The notes beneath the pieces are model-generated. The model was not told the origin of the DNA and made no database searches. It was given only the letters and a program-made list of their open reading frames with translations. From Rotaria socialis (Eukaryota): a stretch of DNA of 41,240 nucleotides. Both the position numbers and the translations under genes were made by a program. The stretch is taken from contig CAJNYD010000451.1 of the NCBI GenBank assembly GCA_905331295.1, forward strand, positions 1 to 41,240, written 5' to 3'. This document shows positions 23,083 to 35,258 of this stretch, piece by piece. Positions within the stretch are counted from its first letter, which is position 1. The number at the start of each line of letters is the position of its first letter.

Positions 23083-24590
23083 CCGCAACCCCCCCCCCCC
23101 CCCCCTCCTATCAAATACAATTATTTGATGTTCTTTCCTTTTGGAAAGTCTTAACGAAGTTCTCTATGGAAAAATCATGGTGTTAAAAGAGAAAGAGAGA
23201 AGGTCTTATTTATGTTGACAGACAATATCGGATTTCTTTCAAAACATATTCTTCTTAGTAATAGTTATTTTGTTTTGTTGTCGATTCAAATAATAATAGT
23301 AGAATTTTTATAAGTTCATTTTTTTCTCTTGTTTAATTACAACGTCACACAATCTGTTCTCGAACAATGAGCATTTGTCTATATTTTCATTTGATAAAAT
23401 GGTAACGAATTTGAATCTCATATGTTCAAATGAAATCGTGTTCAATGTAAGAACATAGTGTATAAATCAATATTAATCGATATCTTTTGTTAAAATAAAT
23501 ATTTACTATTTTTAATTGTGCTCGGGGATATTTAACTGATATTTTATTTTATGTGCTAATTTTAGATTATGTTGTATGAGAGTTTATTCAATATAATTGT
23601 TATCCTTATTTGTTCGAAACTGAACAATAGTAATTTTATTTTGAAAAAATAATAAAAGGAGCAATTACCTAGATGAGGAGTTGTAAATGACTATTGTTTC
23701 AATCATTACGTAGAAGGTTCCTGTATGTCATTTATTAAAACTCGATATTTCCTTCGTCTCTAATACAGTTGTTCGCCGATAATTAATATTAAGCTGTGCA
23801 CAATAACAAACTAACTATAGGTTTATCTAGAAGACAGATATCTGTCTAAAGATCTCAAAAGCTAAAATCTCAAATATAGAAACTAAAAAGGCTAAAAAGT
23901 TTTAAAAAGAAAATCTCAAGTTTGTTTTAGAACAAACTACGGTTTCTTACCGTGTGAGTTCGACCGAAATTCAAGAAAACATTAAAAAACTGCCATGGAA
24001 TCATATGATTGTCTATATTGAAGAGATTCGTTATTACTAATAGGACCGGAGAAAAGAATTTGAAATGAAGAATATATGAGTTGATGGTAGGGAAAACGAT
24101 TTTGGGAAATTGATCGACGTCTATTTTAGAAAATATCAACCGTCCAGGAAACGTTTTAATATTTATATCTAACTTATGATTACTAAGTTGGCATGTTTGT
24201 TTTTCAATTGTTTCTATCATGAGTTATGGCGAGAAACACTTTAGTTCTCTTTCAACTTGAATGATTCAACCTCTTTTATGAGCAAAACAACATGATTTAT
24301 ATAAGATATGACATCAAACTTTCTTTCTGTCAACTTATCAGCGATTGAGTGACATCTATAGAAAAATCGTATTGGATTTAATTTTTGTTTCATTTTAATA
24401 ACAAAATCAATTTGAAGCAACAAAAATAAAATAAAATTTTTTAAAAATTTACAATGAGTAAATTTGATTAGTATAATTGGTAGTTGAATTAACCTTTAAG
24501 AAAAATAGCTTGAAGAAAAGAAAAAAAAGAAAGAAAAATGTTGAAAAGCAAACAAATCACTGAAAAAACTAAATCATTTTTCCTTTCAGA

Positions 24591-26464
24591 ATGGTAACGA
24601 ATTCAAATAGTTCATCTCAAGAAATGATAAAATTACCATGTGAATTAAGAAAATTAGTTTGGGGAGATAATATCGAGCAATCAATATTTGAACGTTGGTC
24701 ACAGAGATTTCAATTTTCTAATGATGAACCTTCTGCATTAATTCAATATGAAGGTGGTCCATGTTCTGTGCTAACAACAGTTCAAGCACATTTATTAAAT
24801 GAGTTAATATTTTGTAAACGATGTCAATATGATTGGCGTCAAGCGTCATCCGATGAAATTGATCTACATTTTTTAAATGCTCTTGTTTCTATTTTACATT
24901 TATTATCACCATCAAATAATAAAGTTTATTTGGCAAATTTTCATTATGAAAAACAAAAAGATAATTTAACAGTAAATCAATTTCATGAAGAAATAAAATT
25001 TAATGTATGTCAATCCAATATTGATTTAAAAGAAATAGTTTTTTCACGTCTTCAAATGTGGAAAAATTCATATGGTGTTTTACTTTTTCTTTATTCATGC
25101 TTAATGACAAAAACAATTGATTTACTAAAAAAAGAAATTGATGATGAAACATCATTACCTTTAATTGATATTGCACATGGACATGGTAGTCAATGTTTAA
25201 CTAATCTTTTAATAACTGGTTTTGCTACACCACATTGTTTTGATGGTGACAAAGATATTTCTGGTTTAAAATTATATGGAATTCATCAACAAGCTTCTAT
25301 TGGATTTTTATCATCACTTGAAATTTATCGTTTAATGGAAGTTGGTTGGTTCCTAAAAAATCCTAAAAGTCCTATTTGGATTCTTGGATCTGAAACACAT
25401 TTAACTGTGATTTTTTCAAGAGAACAAGCTTTGGTTGAACAAGATGATGAAACCCCATTGAAAAAAGCTTTAAAAAGTAAGTTGATCAAATATTACTCAT
25501 AAACAGAAAAGTTTCATTTTTTTTGTTTTCTTTCAAATCTCTTCGGACTAATAAAAGATTTTAAGCATCAAACCAGTAGAAAACAAAGAGAATTTATTTG
25601 TTATGTTTCACAGTGTTTAAAATTATAGAAAAATTTTCTTCTTACTAATTTTATTCATTTGGATAAAATTTGTTTTTCAATTACTTTTCATAGAAGATTT
25701 TATTTTTTACTTGTTATATTTATTCACAAGAGAAAAATAATCGTTGGATGAATACAATCAACTAAGAACATATTAGTATTGAAATTTTATTGTTAGCTTT
25801 GATTATTAAAATGAACCGGAAATAATTTTACAAATAAAAAGGATTGAAATTAACTGTTTTGAATGAACTAAAATCTAAACAATTTTCAAAATATTGATGA
25901 AAATTTTTCTTTTCTAAATAAATTTTATTTAGTATTTCATAAATATGATACGGAAAGAAATGGTTTTATATCAAATTCACTTCTTGAACAAGTAATTACT
26001 GAAATAATCGAATCATCAATAATTAAAATAAATCAAACAATAAATCAATTAAAGCTACGAATGGATCCGGATAATTTACAAATAATAACTGAGTCATCAT
26101 TTCTTAAAGAATTATTTCCACAAGATCAATATAAACTTTCCAATAGTACTCAAATAGGACCATTGAATGGAAAACCATTTATTATTTATCATTATAATGG
26201 TCTTCCAAGATCAAATAAAGATAAAAAAGTTCTTTATGCTTCTGCTCAAGCTAATATTTCCGACTATGGCTATGGAAACGATACGCCTATCTCTGCTGTT
26301 GCACCCGTTCAACCAGGTTTCATTTTATATAAATTCTTTTGTTTTTTTGTACCATTATTTATTTTTTGTTAGGAAGTTATTTACCAATAACAGGTGTATT
26401 AAGAACAAAATGGCCAACTATTGAATTGCAATGGGACGATGAGGCTAAACCATCATTAAATTGA
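24591..26464 (+). CDS. MINDY3: K48-specific deubiquitinase MINDY3 (FAM188A), ~453 aa, 3 exons
   Basis: Exons 24591-25476, 25933-26316 and 26373-26464. Catalytic Cys motif QYEGGPC, GHGSQ.L.NLL.TG, catalytic His motif PIWILGSETHLTV, EF-hand insert FHKYDTERNGFI, YHYNGL, and C-terminus LRTKWPTIELQW....PSLN. Confidence 0.95.
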
Positions 26465-27830
26465 ATTTATTTATTTGTTTATTTACTTTTTAATTCGTTC
26501 TGGTTTTAATTACTATTCAAGAGACAATTTTTACAAAAAAACACGAAAGATTTTTATGTTAATAGTATCTTGTTTATTGGTAGCTTTTTGTTTTCTTTTA
26601 ATTGATGAGATAAAATTATTAGGTTCCGTTTGTTTTTATTGTTTATGATATTTTATTTCATTAATTAGAACTTGTTTCAGAAACAAATATTCCAATTCTT
26701 TGACGCATATTCATAAATGGATACGATTTTATAAGAGCATTGCCTAAGGTTTTTCTATGAATCAATTGCTACTTTATCATGATGGTAAGCAAACAGGAGT
26801 CAATGCTTATGAACAGATGATTTGGTCAGTCTTATTTCAAGATTTTTTTCTCAAACTAAAATAAATCGATTAAAACAAATAATAATCAGTAAAACCTTTA
26901 ATCAGATTGATTCTTTTTTTATTTTCTACAAAAATATTTCATTTAATAAAATAATTTTTATTCTTAGCGTTTTTTCTTTGAAATATTTCATTAGTTAAAT
27001 AAATTATTAAATAATAATAAAATAAAATATCATAGAAAATATTTTAATCAAATTCAATGATCGATAATAATTCAAATATGATATAATGTCTGAAATGTTT
27101 TCTTGAACTTCATAATTATTATTCTTAAACGAACATAATTAGAAAAAATTGAATTAAAAAATTCTTTAAAATTTAATACTATAAAATAAGATGATTCGAT
27201 TGTTTTTTAAACCTTATTTTTAAATAAAATCTGATCGTAGTACAAATTAGATTTGAATAAAAAAATATGAAAGAAAAATGATTTCTTCGGCTAATATCAA
27301 CTTGAATGAAAACGTTATTTCCTATTGTATTTTATATTCGAATTAATTGATTTGAAGATTGAAAATCTTATAATTTAATTAAAAAATATTTTATTTTGAT
27401 ACAAATCCAGTTTATTCTCTTTTATGATTAACTTTTTATAATAATTCAAATTTATTACATGCCATTCACAGTATTCAAATCAAGATAATTTTCATCAATA
27501 GAATAGAAATAAAATGGAAAATCTGTTCATTGCTAGGAAACAGAAATCGAAAGGGATATATTAAAGCTAAGTCAAATATATACGTAATCAGTTTCAGTAC
27601 ATTATTTTAAATCTATTCCAATTAAATAGATAATATAATGAAAAAATCTATTCAATATATTTTAGTTCAAATATTTTCTTTTATTTTATCTTTAAGAATC
27701 AGTAAAAACGATTTAAACTAAAACGATTTTCATCTAAGATGAATTTATATTTTGAAATTTTCACAATCATAAAACAAAATAAAATCAATCGAAAATCTGC
27801 ATGATCTACAGAAACATATAAGACAATTGT

Positions 27831-28315
27831 NNNNNNNNNNNNNNNNNNNNNNNNNNNNNNNNNNNNNNNNNNNNNNNNNNNNNNNNNNNNNNNNNNNNNN
27901 NNNNNNNNNNNNNNNNNNNNNNNNNNNNNNNNNNNNNNNNNNNNNNNNNNNNNNNNNNNNNNNNNNNNNNNNNNNNNNNNNNNNNNNNNNNNNNNNNNNN
28001 NNNNNNNNNNNNNNNNNNNNNNNNNNNNNNNNNNNNNNNNNNNNNNNNNNNNNNNNNNNNNNNNNNNNNNNNNNNNNNNNNNNNNNNNNNNNNNNNNNNN
28101 NNNNNNNNNNNNNNNNNNNNNNNNNNNNNNNNNNNNNNNNNNNNNNNNNNNNNNNNNNNNNNNNNNNNNNNNNNNNNNNNNNNNNNNNNNNNNNNNNNNN
28201 NNNNNNNNNNNNNNNNNNNNNNNNNNNNNNNNNNNNNNNNNNNNNNNNNNNNNNNNNNNNNNNNNNNNNNNNNNNNNNNNNNNNNNNNNNNNNNNNNNNN
28301 NNNNNNNNNNNNNNN
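27831..28315. other. Assembly gap (scaffold N run)
   Basis: Continuous N bases. Confidence 0.99.
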
Positions 28316-28889
28316 TTTAGTATTTGTTGTATTCATATTTAATCATTGATAAATATTTTTAATATCATTATCAAATAAAACTATCAATAAAGATCTATGA
28401 CATGAAACGAAGAATACTTTATGACGATTCATATTAACTAGATAAAGAACGTGAGACTAGTAGATATTTGCCGAACGAACAAAGCACCAATAAAAAATAC
28501 GAAAAGCTCAAGTCATATGAAAAATAAACGAACAAACAAGAATATACAAAATGATCACAAGCATAGATAGAATGAATCATTTTTCAGTTTTTTTAATTTC
28601 ATTTTAATCTTGAATTTAGATTAATGCTTTATTAGTTTTTATTTCTTATTTGAGATAAAATTCGGTTAAATATTAAAAAGAAACAAATATCAAAACATAA
28701 CTAATTCATTCATTTCAGAATCATCTATTTCTATAGAAATTTTAAATCTTTCATTGGGAATTATTAAACAAAATTTAACATACAAAAGAAAATGATTCAG
28801 ATACAATGAAACAAAACATTTGACAGGAAAAAAATAGGTTCGTTGATTAAAATTTGTCTGACGCAAATATTTCAAATTGATCTATTAAG

Positions 28890-31800
28890 TCAATTAATTG
28901 GCAATTTAGAAGATATTCTTAGTATTGATAAAATATCTTTGCAAGATGATCAAACAGCTAAAACATCGCCACAAACAAATAAATTANAAAACTAAATCAT
29001 TGTAGGCAGAAAACAGTCAAGAATAGTAAACTTTTCGAGTATTAAATGAACTTTAATACAAATGATTTCTCACTATTCTAATTACATGATGCAATGCACT
29101 ATGCAATCGTGTATAATGATTATTTAAAATAGTGTAAGTTAAAAATCTAATAAGTATTATTGGTATTGAGTTTAATTAGAATTAATCATTGAAATAAATA
29201 TTTCTTCATCACGTTCACGAACAACAACTGATGACATAGCTGATATGGTGAAGTTTTCTTGGAAACCACCATCAAATATTGTTATGAGTGAAGAGTGGAT
29301 TCAAACAGCTATCGAAGTAAAAATAAAAAATAGAATTCTTCGTTTTGTCGTTATGAAAATAGAATCATAAATTTATTTTCTTTTATCAATTTAGTCAATG
29401 AATTGCTTTTTGCTTGTCACTAAATCTGATCCAGATAACGCTCAAACAGTTTATGTATCAAATCATATAAGTTCATTACTGTATTATTCACAAGTAAAAA
29501 TATTTATTTCAAGAAAAAGTTTCGTTTTCTTTTCGAAAAAGAAAAACATATTTTAGAAGAAACTTATGCATCATTCTGTATTCGAATTACTTTTGTCGCA
29601 AGAGCATGATCAACTGCGTGATTAATTTTTAAAAGATCACAAAGGTTCAACAAAACATAAAATAAAAAACAAATTATTTAAAAAATAAAATTTTGTTGTT
29701 TTTCATTACTTTAGTTTTAGAAAAATGTGATGTATCTAGGAGACGAGCAACAACTAATCAATATGAACAATGTACAATAATTGGAGCATTTCGACAAAGT
29801 CTATTAAATATTTAAATAATTAAATCATTTTTTATAGGTATTTTTATTTTAGTTAATAAAGAAAAACAAGAAAATGATGAAAAATATTTCATGTCACTTG
29901 TTAAAGTAAATACATTAGATTGAACCATTATTGTTAATAATAAAAATTTAATCAATCAATTTACACTTCATATAAATCTTCATGAAAGATTTATTCACAT
30001 TGATTCAAAATTAATCTTATTTTCTTTATTATTATTATATTTTTCGAAATAATATTTTTTTAGATCTCGAGAATTTCTTGGTTATAATTCTTATGAACTC
30101 ATTGGTCATGTACACTCTGATTTTGTTCATCCAGATGATTTGCCAATTATTGTTCGAGCACAGCAAATATGTTTGTTTTTATTTTCATTATCATTTTATT
30201 AAATTTTTAAATAAAATAATTTTAGGGAAAGAAGTTGGAAATGGTAAACGTGATCCATACAGATTTTTAACTAAAGGTCAACAATGGGTATTTCTTGAAA
30301 CACATGCGCAAGTTCAAATTAACTCTTGGACTAGAAAACCTGAAGGTTATTTGTGCACCACAAATTCTTTACATAAGCAGGTTTTCATTTTTTTTAAGAT
30401 TGAGAGAAAATAAACTTTTAAAATTGTTATCTTTTTTTTATTAATTTTATTTGGAATTAGTTCAAGCGACTATTGTTGCAAAAGAAGTTATCACACCTAT
30501 TAATATCTTCTCAAGCGGCTTTTTCTTCGAGTGAATACTATTTTTATTTTAAATCTTTACATATTTTTAAAGAATATGCAAAAATAAACAAAGATTTTAT
30601 TGAAATCTTCAAATTAGTTAAGACGATCAAAATGAATCAGTGTTTTATATCAATAAATTTATGTTAATAAATAACATTCTACTACATGATTAGACATTTC
30701 TCAAAAACAATTAAAATTTATTTAAGAAAATCGATTTTTGTTTTCGCTTTCGAAGCCTTCTCAAAACTTCTGGAAATGTCTCGCTCAAAATTTTGTTTTT
30801 GTTTGGATGTAAGTAGCATAATTACAGACAAAAACGATTTAATTCACATGAATTTCAACGAGCAATAATCATTAGACTTGAATTGATACATAGAAAAAAA
30901 TAAAATTCAAAATTTTGAAAACTATAACTTTACTTTGATTAAAACAAAAAAAATGACTTATTTATTAGCAATCAAACGAAGTAAAACATGAAATTTTGTA
31001 GTTAAGTGATTGATCTTGAACTAACATTAAAAGCATTATACAAAGATGCAAAACATCTATCAATATCTATTTTTGAAATTGAATTTGAATTTCAGTATAA
31101 AATCTAATTGATATTAATCAGAATAATTTCTTGCAAATCATTTCTTTTCTGTTGATTTATTCCTATAGACAAATAAGAAATCAAATCTAGTAGAGCTTTG
31201 ACACACTATAGTAGATTTTGTTGAACAAAATCAAGTTGAAAGTGAAAAATCAATTTATCTTATGCTGTTGAAAAGGAAAGATATGATTCTTATTGATTTA
31301 AGAAAGTTTTCCTACTTAAATATACATTAAAATAGATATATAACAATTAAATAAGAAATGAATTGAATTTATGGCCAATTTAGTTCAATCTTCTCTAAAA
31401 ACAAGTTCAACGTTAAGATCAAGTCCACAAAATCAAAGTTCTTCATCCGATACTCAAATAACTGTATGTTATTTGATTTCTATTTTTTAAACATCTAATT
31501 AATAAAATACTTTAAACTAATTAATCATTTTTATCTCATCTTGAAAATGAAACATATCGAGCAAGTATTCGTGAAAAATTAAGTGAATATCGAATACGTA
31601 AACAAGCGGAAATTCGTGTTAGAGAAGAAGAAATTAAAGTTATTGAAAATATTATCAAATTTATTAATGAATTTGAATTAAAACGTTCAAAAACTCTTTC
31701 ATCAAAACCAATAAATTCATATACATCTAATCATTTAACAGGAGATACCGCTTCATCATCTCCATTAAATCAAAGACTCAGTAAGATTGACTTTTCTTAT

Positions 31801-32305
31801 GTTATTTTATTGATAAAAACAAAACTTTTTTCTAAAATAAAATTTAGAATCTTATTATCCTACAACACTAATAATATCTTCATCATTGAATGAAATTATT
31901 GATGATTCATCTGTTCGATTTTCATCAATCATATTTCGTCATAATTCATCAGCAGATCATCCAAATGTTCGTTCATCAAATGACGAAACAATATTTGATC
32001 AATTGACAAATTCATTATTTTCTCCTCAACAAGAAACATTTAGTTTATCGTCGCCATTAACATCATTTGCAACTGTCTCAACTTTTTTATTGATACCATC
32101 AATACGATTATCTCTTTCGCCCATAAGAACAATAACAACAACAACAACAACAACAACAACAATAGAATCATCGCAATCATCATCTTCAATAGAACCAATA
32201 ACAGCAACGACAACAATAACAAATGCAGATATGATTTCCACAGAAAAATCTCCACGAAAATCATCTTTTAAGCATTCATTACCGCCAAATAGTCTTGTTT
32301 CATGA
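28890..32305 (+). pseudogene. Clk: CLOCK-like bHLH-PAS transcription factor, apparently disrupted (5' boundary uncertain)
   Basis: PAS-A entry WKPP...EEWIQTAIE|SMNCFLLV...VYVSNHISSLL (29180-29493). PAS-B/PAC FLGYNSYELIG...FVHPDDL and YRFLTKGQQWVFLET (30064-30379). Exon-19-like coiled coil at ~31525-31680. In-frame stops at 29623 and 29921, a missing GT at 30010, a missing AG at 31524, and a garbled bHLH at ~29000-29130. Confidence 0.8.
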
Positions 32306-35003
32306 TTTTCATTCTGTATATAAACAGGAAAAGCTTTTTTTTGTTTGTTAAATAAACGTTTCATTTAAGCTTATTCCTGAAAAATTCTTGTAGAATATAT
32401 ATTATTATTCTATAGTCTTTAATTGATTAATTTAGAAATTCGTCGAAAGATATAAATTATCAGAGATAAAATCAAATTTTAACAAGAAATAAAAAACACA
32501 ATAGTGAAATTTTATTGGTAAAAGGTTATGTGAATAACAGAAATAAATTTTTCACATCGAGAAAAATTCATTTCTAATAATTAAGACAAACAATATTATA
32601 AAAACAAGTTTTCAATGACGAGAATACGAATAAACAGTTGCATAAGGGAATCCTCAAATTTCATTAGACAACAAAAAAAAGGAAAATAAACCATTATGCA
32701 CATAAATGCTATGTATAACGAACAGAACACTTATAAGATATCACTTTTTGTTTTGTGAAAATAGAAATGAATCTTTTTTAAATATCTAAAATTTTTTATT
32801 CGAACAATATGAAGTATTCTAAATGAAAAATATTGATTTTATAGGTTGATCGAAAATCTAAAACTAATGTCGATAATGTTCGTTTGTTAGTTTATGATCA
32901 GTCTATGACGAATACTAATCGTCATTTCATAGAAATGACAAAATTATTTACGAAGAATCCTATCTTAAATTGAGTAGAACAATTCATTGTGAAAACAATA
33001 CTTGTCATGATTAAATGAATCTATTTTTTTACAATAATCTGGAATGAAATGGATCATTTTCTTTATATTATTTATTGAAAATGAAAAAGCAAAAGCAAAA
33101 AATAGATAGAAATCAAAAGACGTAGATGTCCTACGATGCATAATAACGAACATTGATTTATTATTCGAACTATATAAAAAAAGAAACATCACATATTTCT
33201 TAACGTATTATTACTTGCATTATTAAATTATTTCTGTTAAAAAAATAAGCTATGCGTTTATCGGTTAGAAGAAAAAAAATATTTTTTATTTTGTTTCATC
33301 TAGATTTGTTGTCGAGTTGACTCTGATGGTTGTTGTTTGTGTGGTATTCCATGAGATTGCTGCAAACACTGTGCACCTTTTGATCAAAGGTTAAAAAGTT
33401 AATAAACTATTTTGTTTGTCATTCAATATATCTCTTTAATTTACTGAAATATTTTAAACTAATTCAAATTCAATCTAGCCGATATTAATCATTTAAACTT
33501 TTTACTTTATTTTTATTTGAATTCAAAACTAAAAATGAAAAATTGATCTTTTTTGCTTGTTACACTCATCACTTACGACTGAAAATTTGATCGCGTGGAT
33601 AAAAGTTGTTAAGATTTTCTTTTTGTTTTAATGATAGTCTTAGAGAAGGTGAGAAATTGGTGTCATATGTGATTCGATCGATGAACAATCAACATATGTT
33701 CACAAATCATCTTGTTTTTATGTTCATGTTAACTAAACAAAAATCGAAGCGATATTTTATGTTATAAAATGAAATGAATATAAATTTGTCTAATTCTGAT
33801 AGGATCTTAGGATCACAGTTGTTTCTGCATAAATAAAATAAAAATATAAATTTGTCTAATTATCATAACAAATCTCAATCTATATTTATTGAAAAATTAA
33901 TTAAAGAAGACATTTTCTCATGATTTACTGATTAAAATATCAGAATTTATAAAAGAATGGAGAAGAAAGGACAAGGTCGATTAACGGTAGTTGTTTATCT
34001 GTTAATAGTGTGTGTTTGTGTTTAATGTTCGTTAGTTTTCATTGTATATAAAGATGCCGACATCCTCATAAAGTGTGACACCATCATAAGAAAAAGATGG
34101 TGACAATATTGATTGATCGGTGTCATACTATATTGTTGTCTTGATACACATCCAAACAAGTAATCGGACACGCGACCTTAATCAATGTTTGTTCATTTCC
34201 GTTTCACGCTTTTTCCATTTTATTTTAATTTATTATTACAATTAACCACAATCAAACTACTTTATTATCAATTGATATTATATTGTGACGAATACATTTT
34301 TCACCATTGGATAATTGAACAATTAGATAAATGTACGAATTTCTTCATGAGAAATTCTTTTCGAGAGTTTCATCGAATTTGAAACAAATTTTCACTAAAT
34401 CATGTTTTTTGATAAAAAAAAAGTCGAGTAAATACAATAATATTTTAATTCATTGCAATACGTTAGAATTTCTTTCCATTGATCATTAGTTGAATTATTG
34501 ATTTCACTGAGCATTTCTCAATTTTTCTTGAATTTGTCTGAATTTCTATCATTGATCAATTATTTTTATTCATTGTATATAAAAATCTTGCTTATCTGAA
34601 CAAATTTACTGAGATCTAAAATCTAAAATTGTTTCTATCATTGATACGAACATATTCGTATAAATGATTGTTCAATAGAAATTGAATGATGAAATCTGTT
34701 TTCTTTTTATTTAGTTGAAAATTCTCCTTTATATGTTTTCTTATTCGTGTTGGAAAAAAATATTAAAAATAAAATCGATTGATTGAATATTCAAGTGGAT
34801 AATTGTTTTAGTCGATCACCAGTATGTCAATATTTATAATCATTGATTAGATCATAAGAGATAGACAACAAGAGATTTTCTGGGCGGGATATGTTTTGAC
34901 GCCAACTAAAGTAGTCACTAGAGACACGTTTATTCATGCTTGAATTATGACAACGTTTTTTTTATTTTTATTTAACGATTAAAACGAAAGAAAAGAAAAT
35001 TAA

Positions 35004-35258
35004 TTACAAAAACCAAATTTGAATAACTGAATGTTTCTTTTTTTGAATAGATTTTTTTTGTTGGCCATAAAAAAGAAGTCGATAATCATTATTCTGAATT
35101 TCTTTTTTCTTTTTTCGTGATCGATGATTTAAACTTTTTGATATTGTCGTCATTTTTGGTGTTGATGTTCGAGGTCCATTGAACGACGAATAGTTTTTAA
35201 TTGGTGTACTTGCACGATCATTTGGTAAATCCATCCACATCTTATTAATCGTGTGCAT
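35004..35258 (-). CDS. Small basic hypothetical protein (84 aa)
   Basis: MHTINKMWMDLPNDRASTPIKN...RTSTPK...RSRKKKKE...IQIWFL. ATG is preceded 9 nt upstream by a pyrimidine tract ending TTTTAAAG. Composition resembles local exons. No family recognised. Confidence 0.5.
   Translation of the reverse strand: MHTINKMWMDLPNDRASTPIKNYSSFNGPRTSTPKMTTISKSLNHRSRKKKKEIQNNDYRLLFYGQQKKSIQKKKHSVIQIWFL

Noticed and set aside
23083..23106. Poly-C tract as a G-quadruplex or regulatory element
   Set aside because: It abuts an assembly gap, so its length and reality are unreliable.
27806..28342. 171-176 aa ORFs
   Set aside because: Artefacts of the N gap.
29623..29923. Alternative genetic code or stop readthrough explaining in-frame stops in CLOCK
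   Set aside because: Neighbouring intact genes terminate at TAA and TGA and have no internal stops, and splice sites are also broken, so decay is the simpler explanation.
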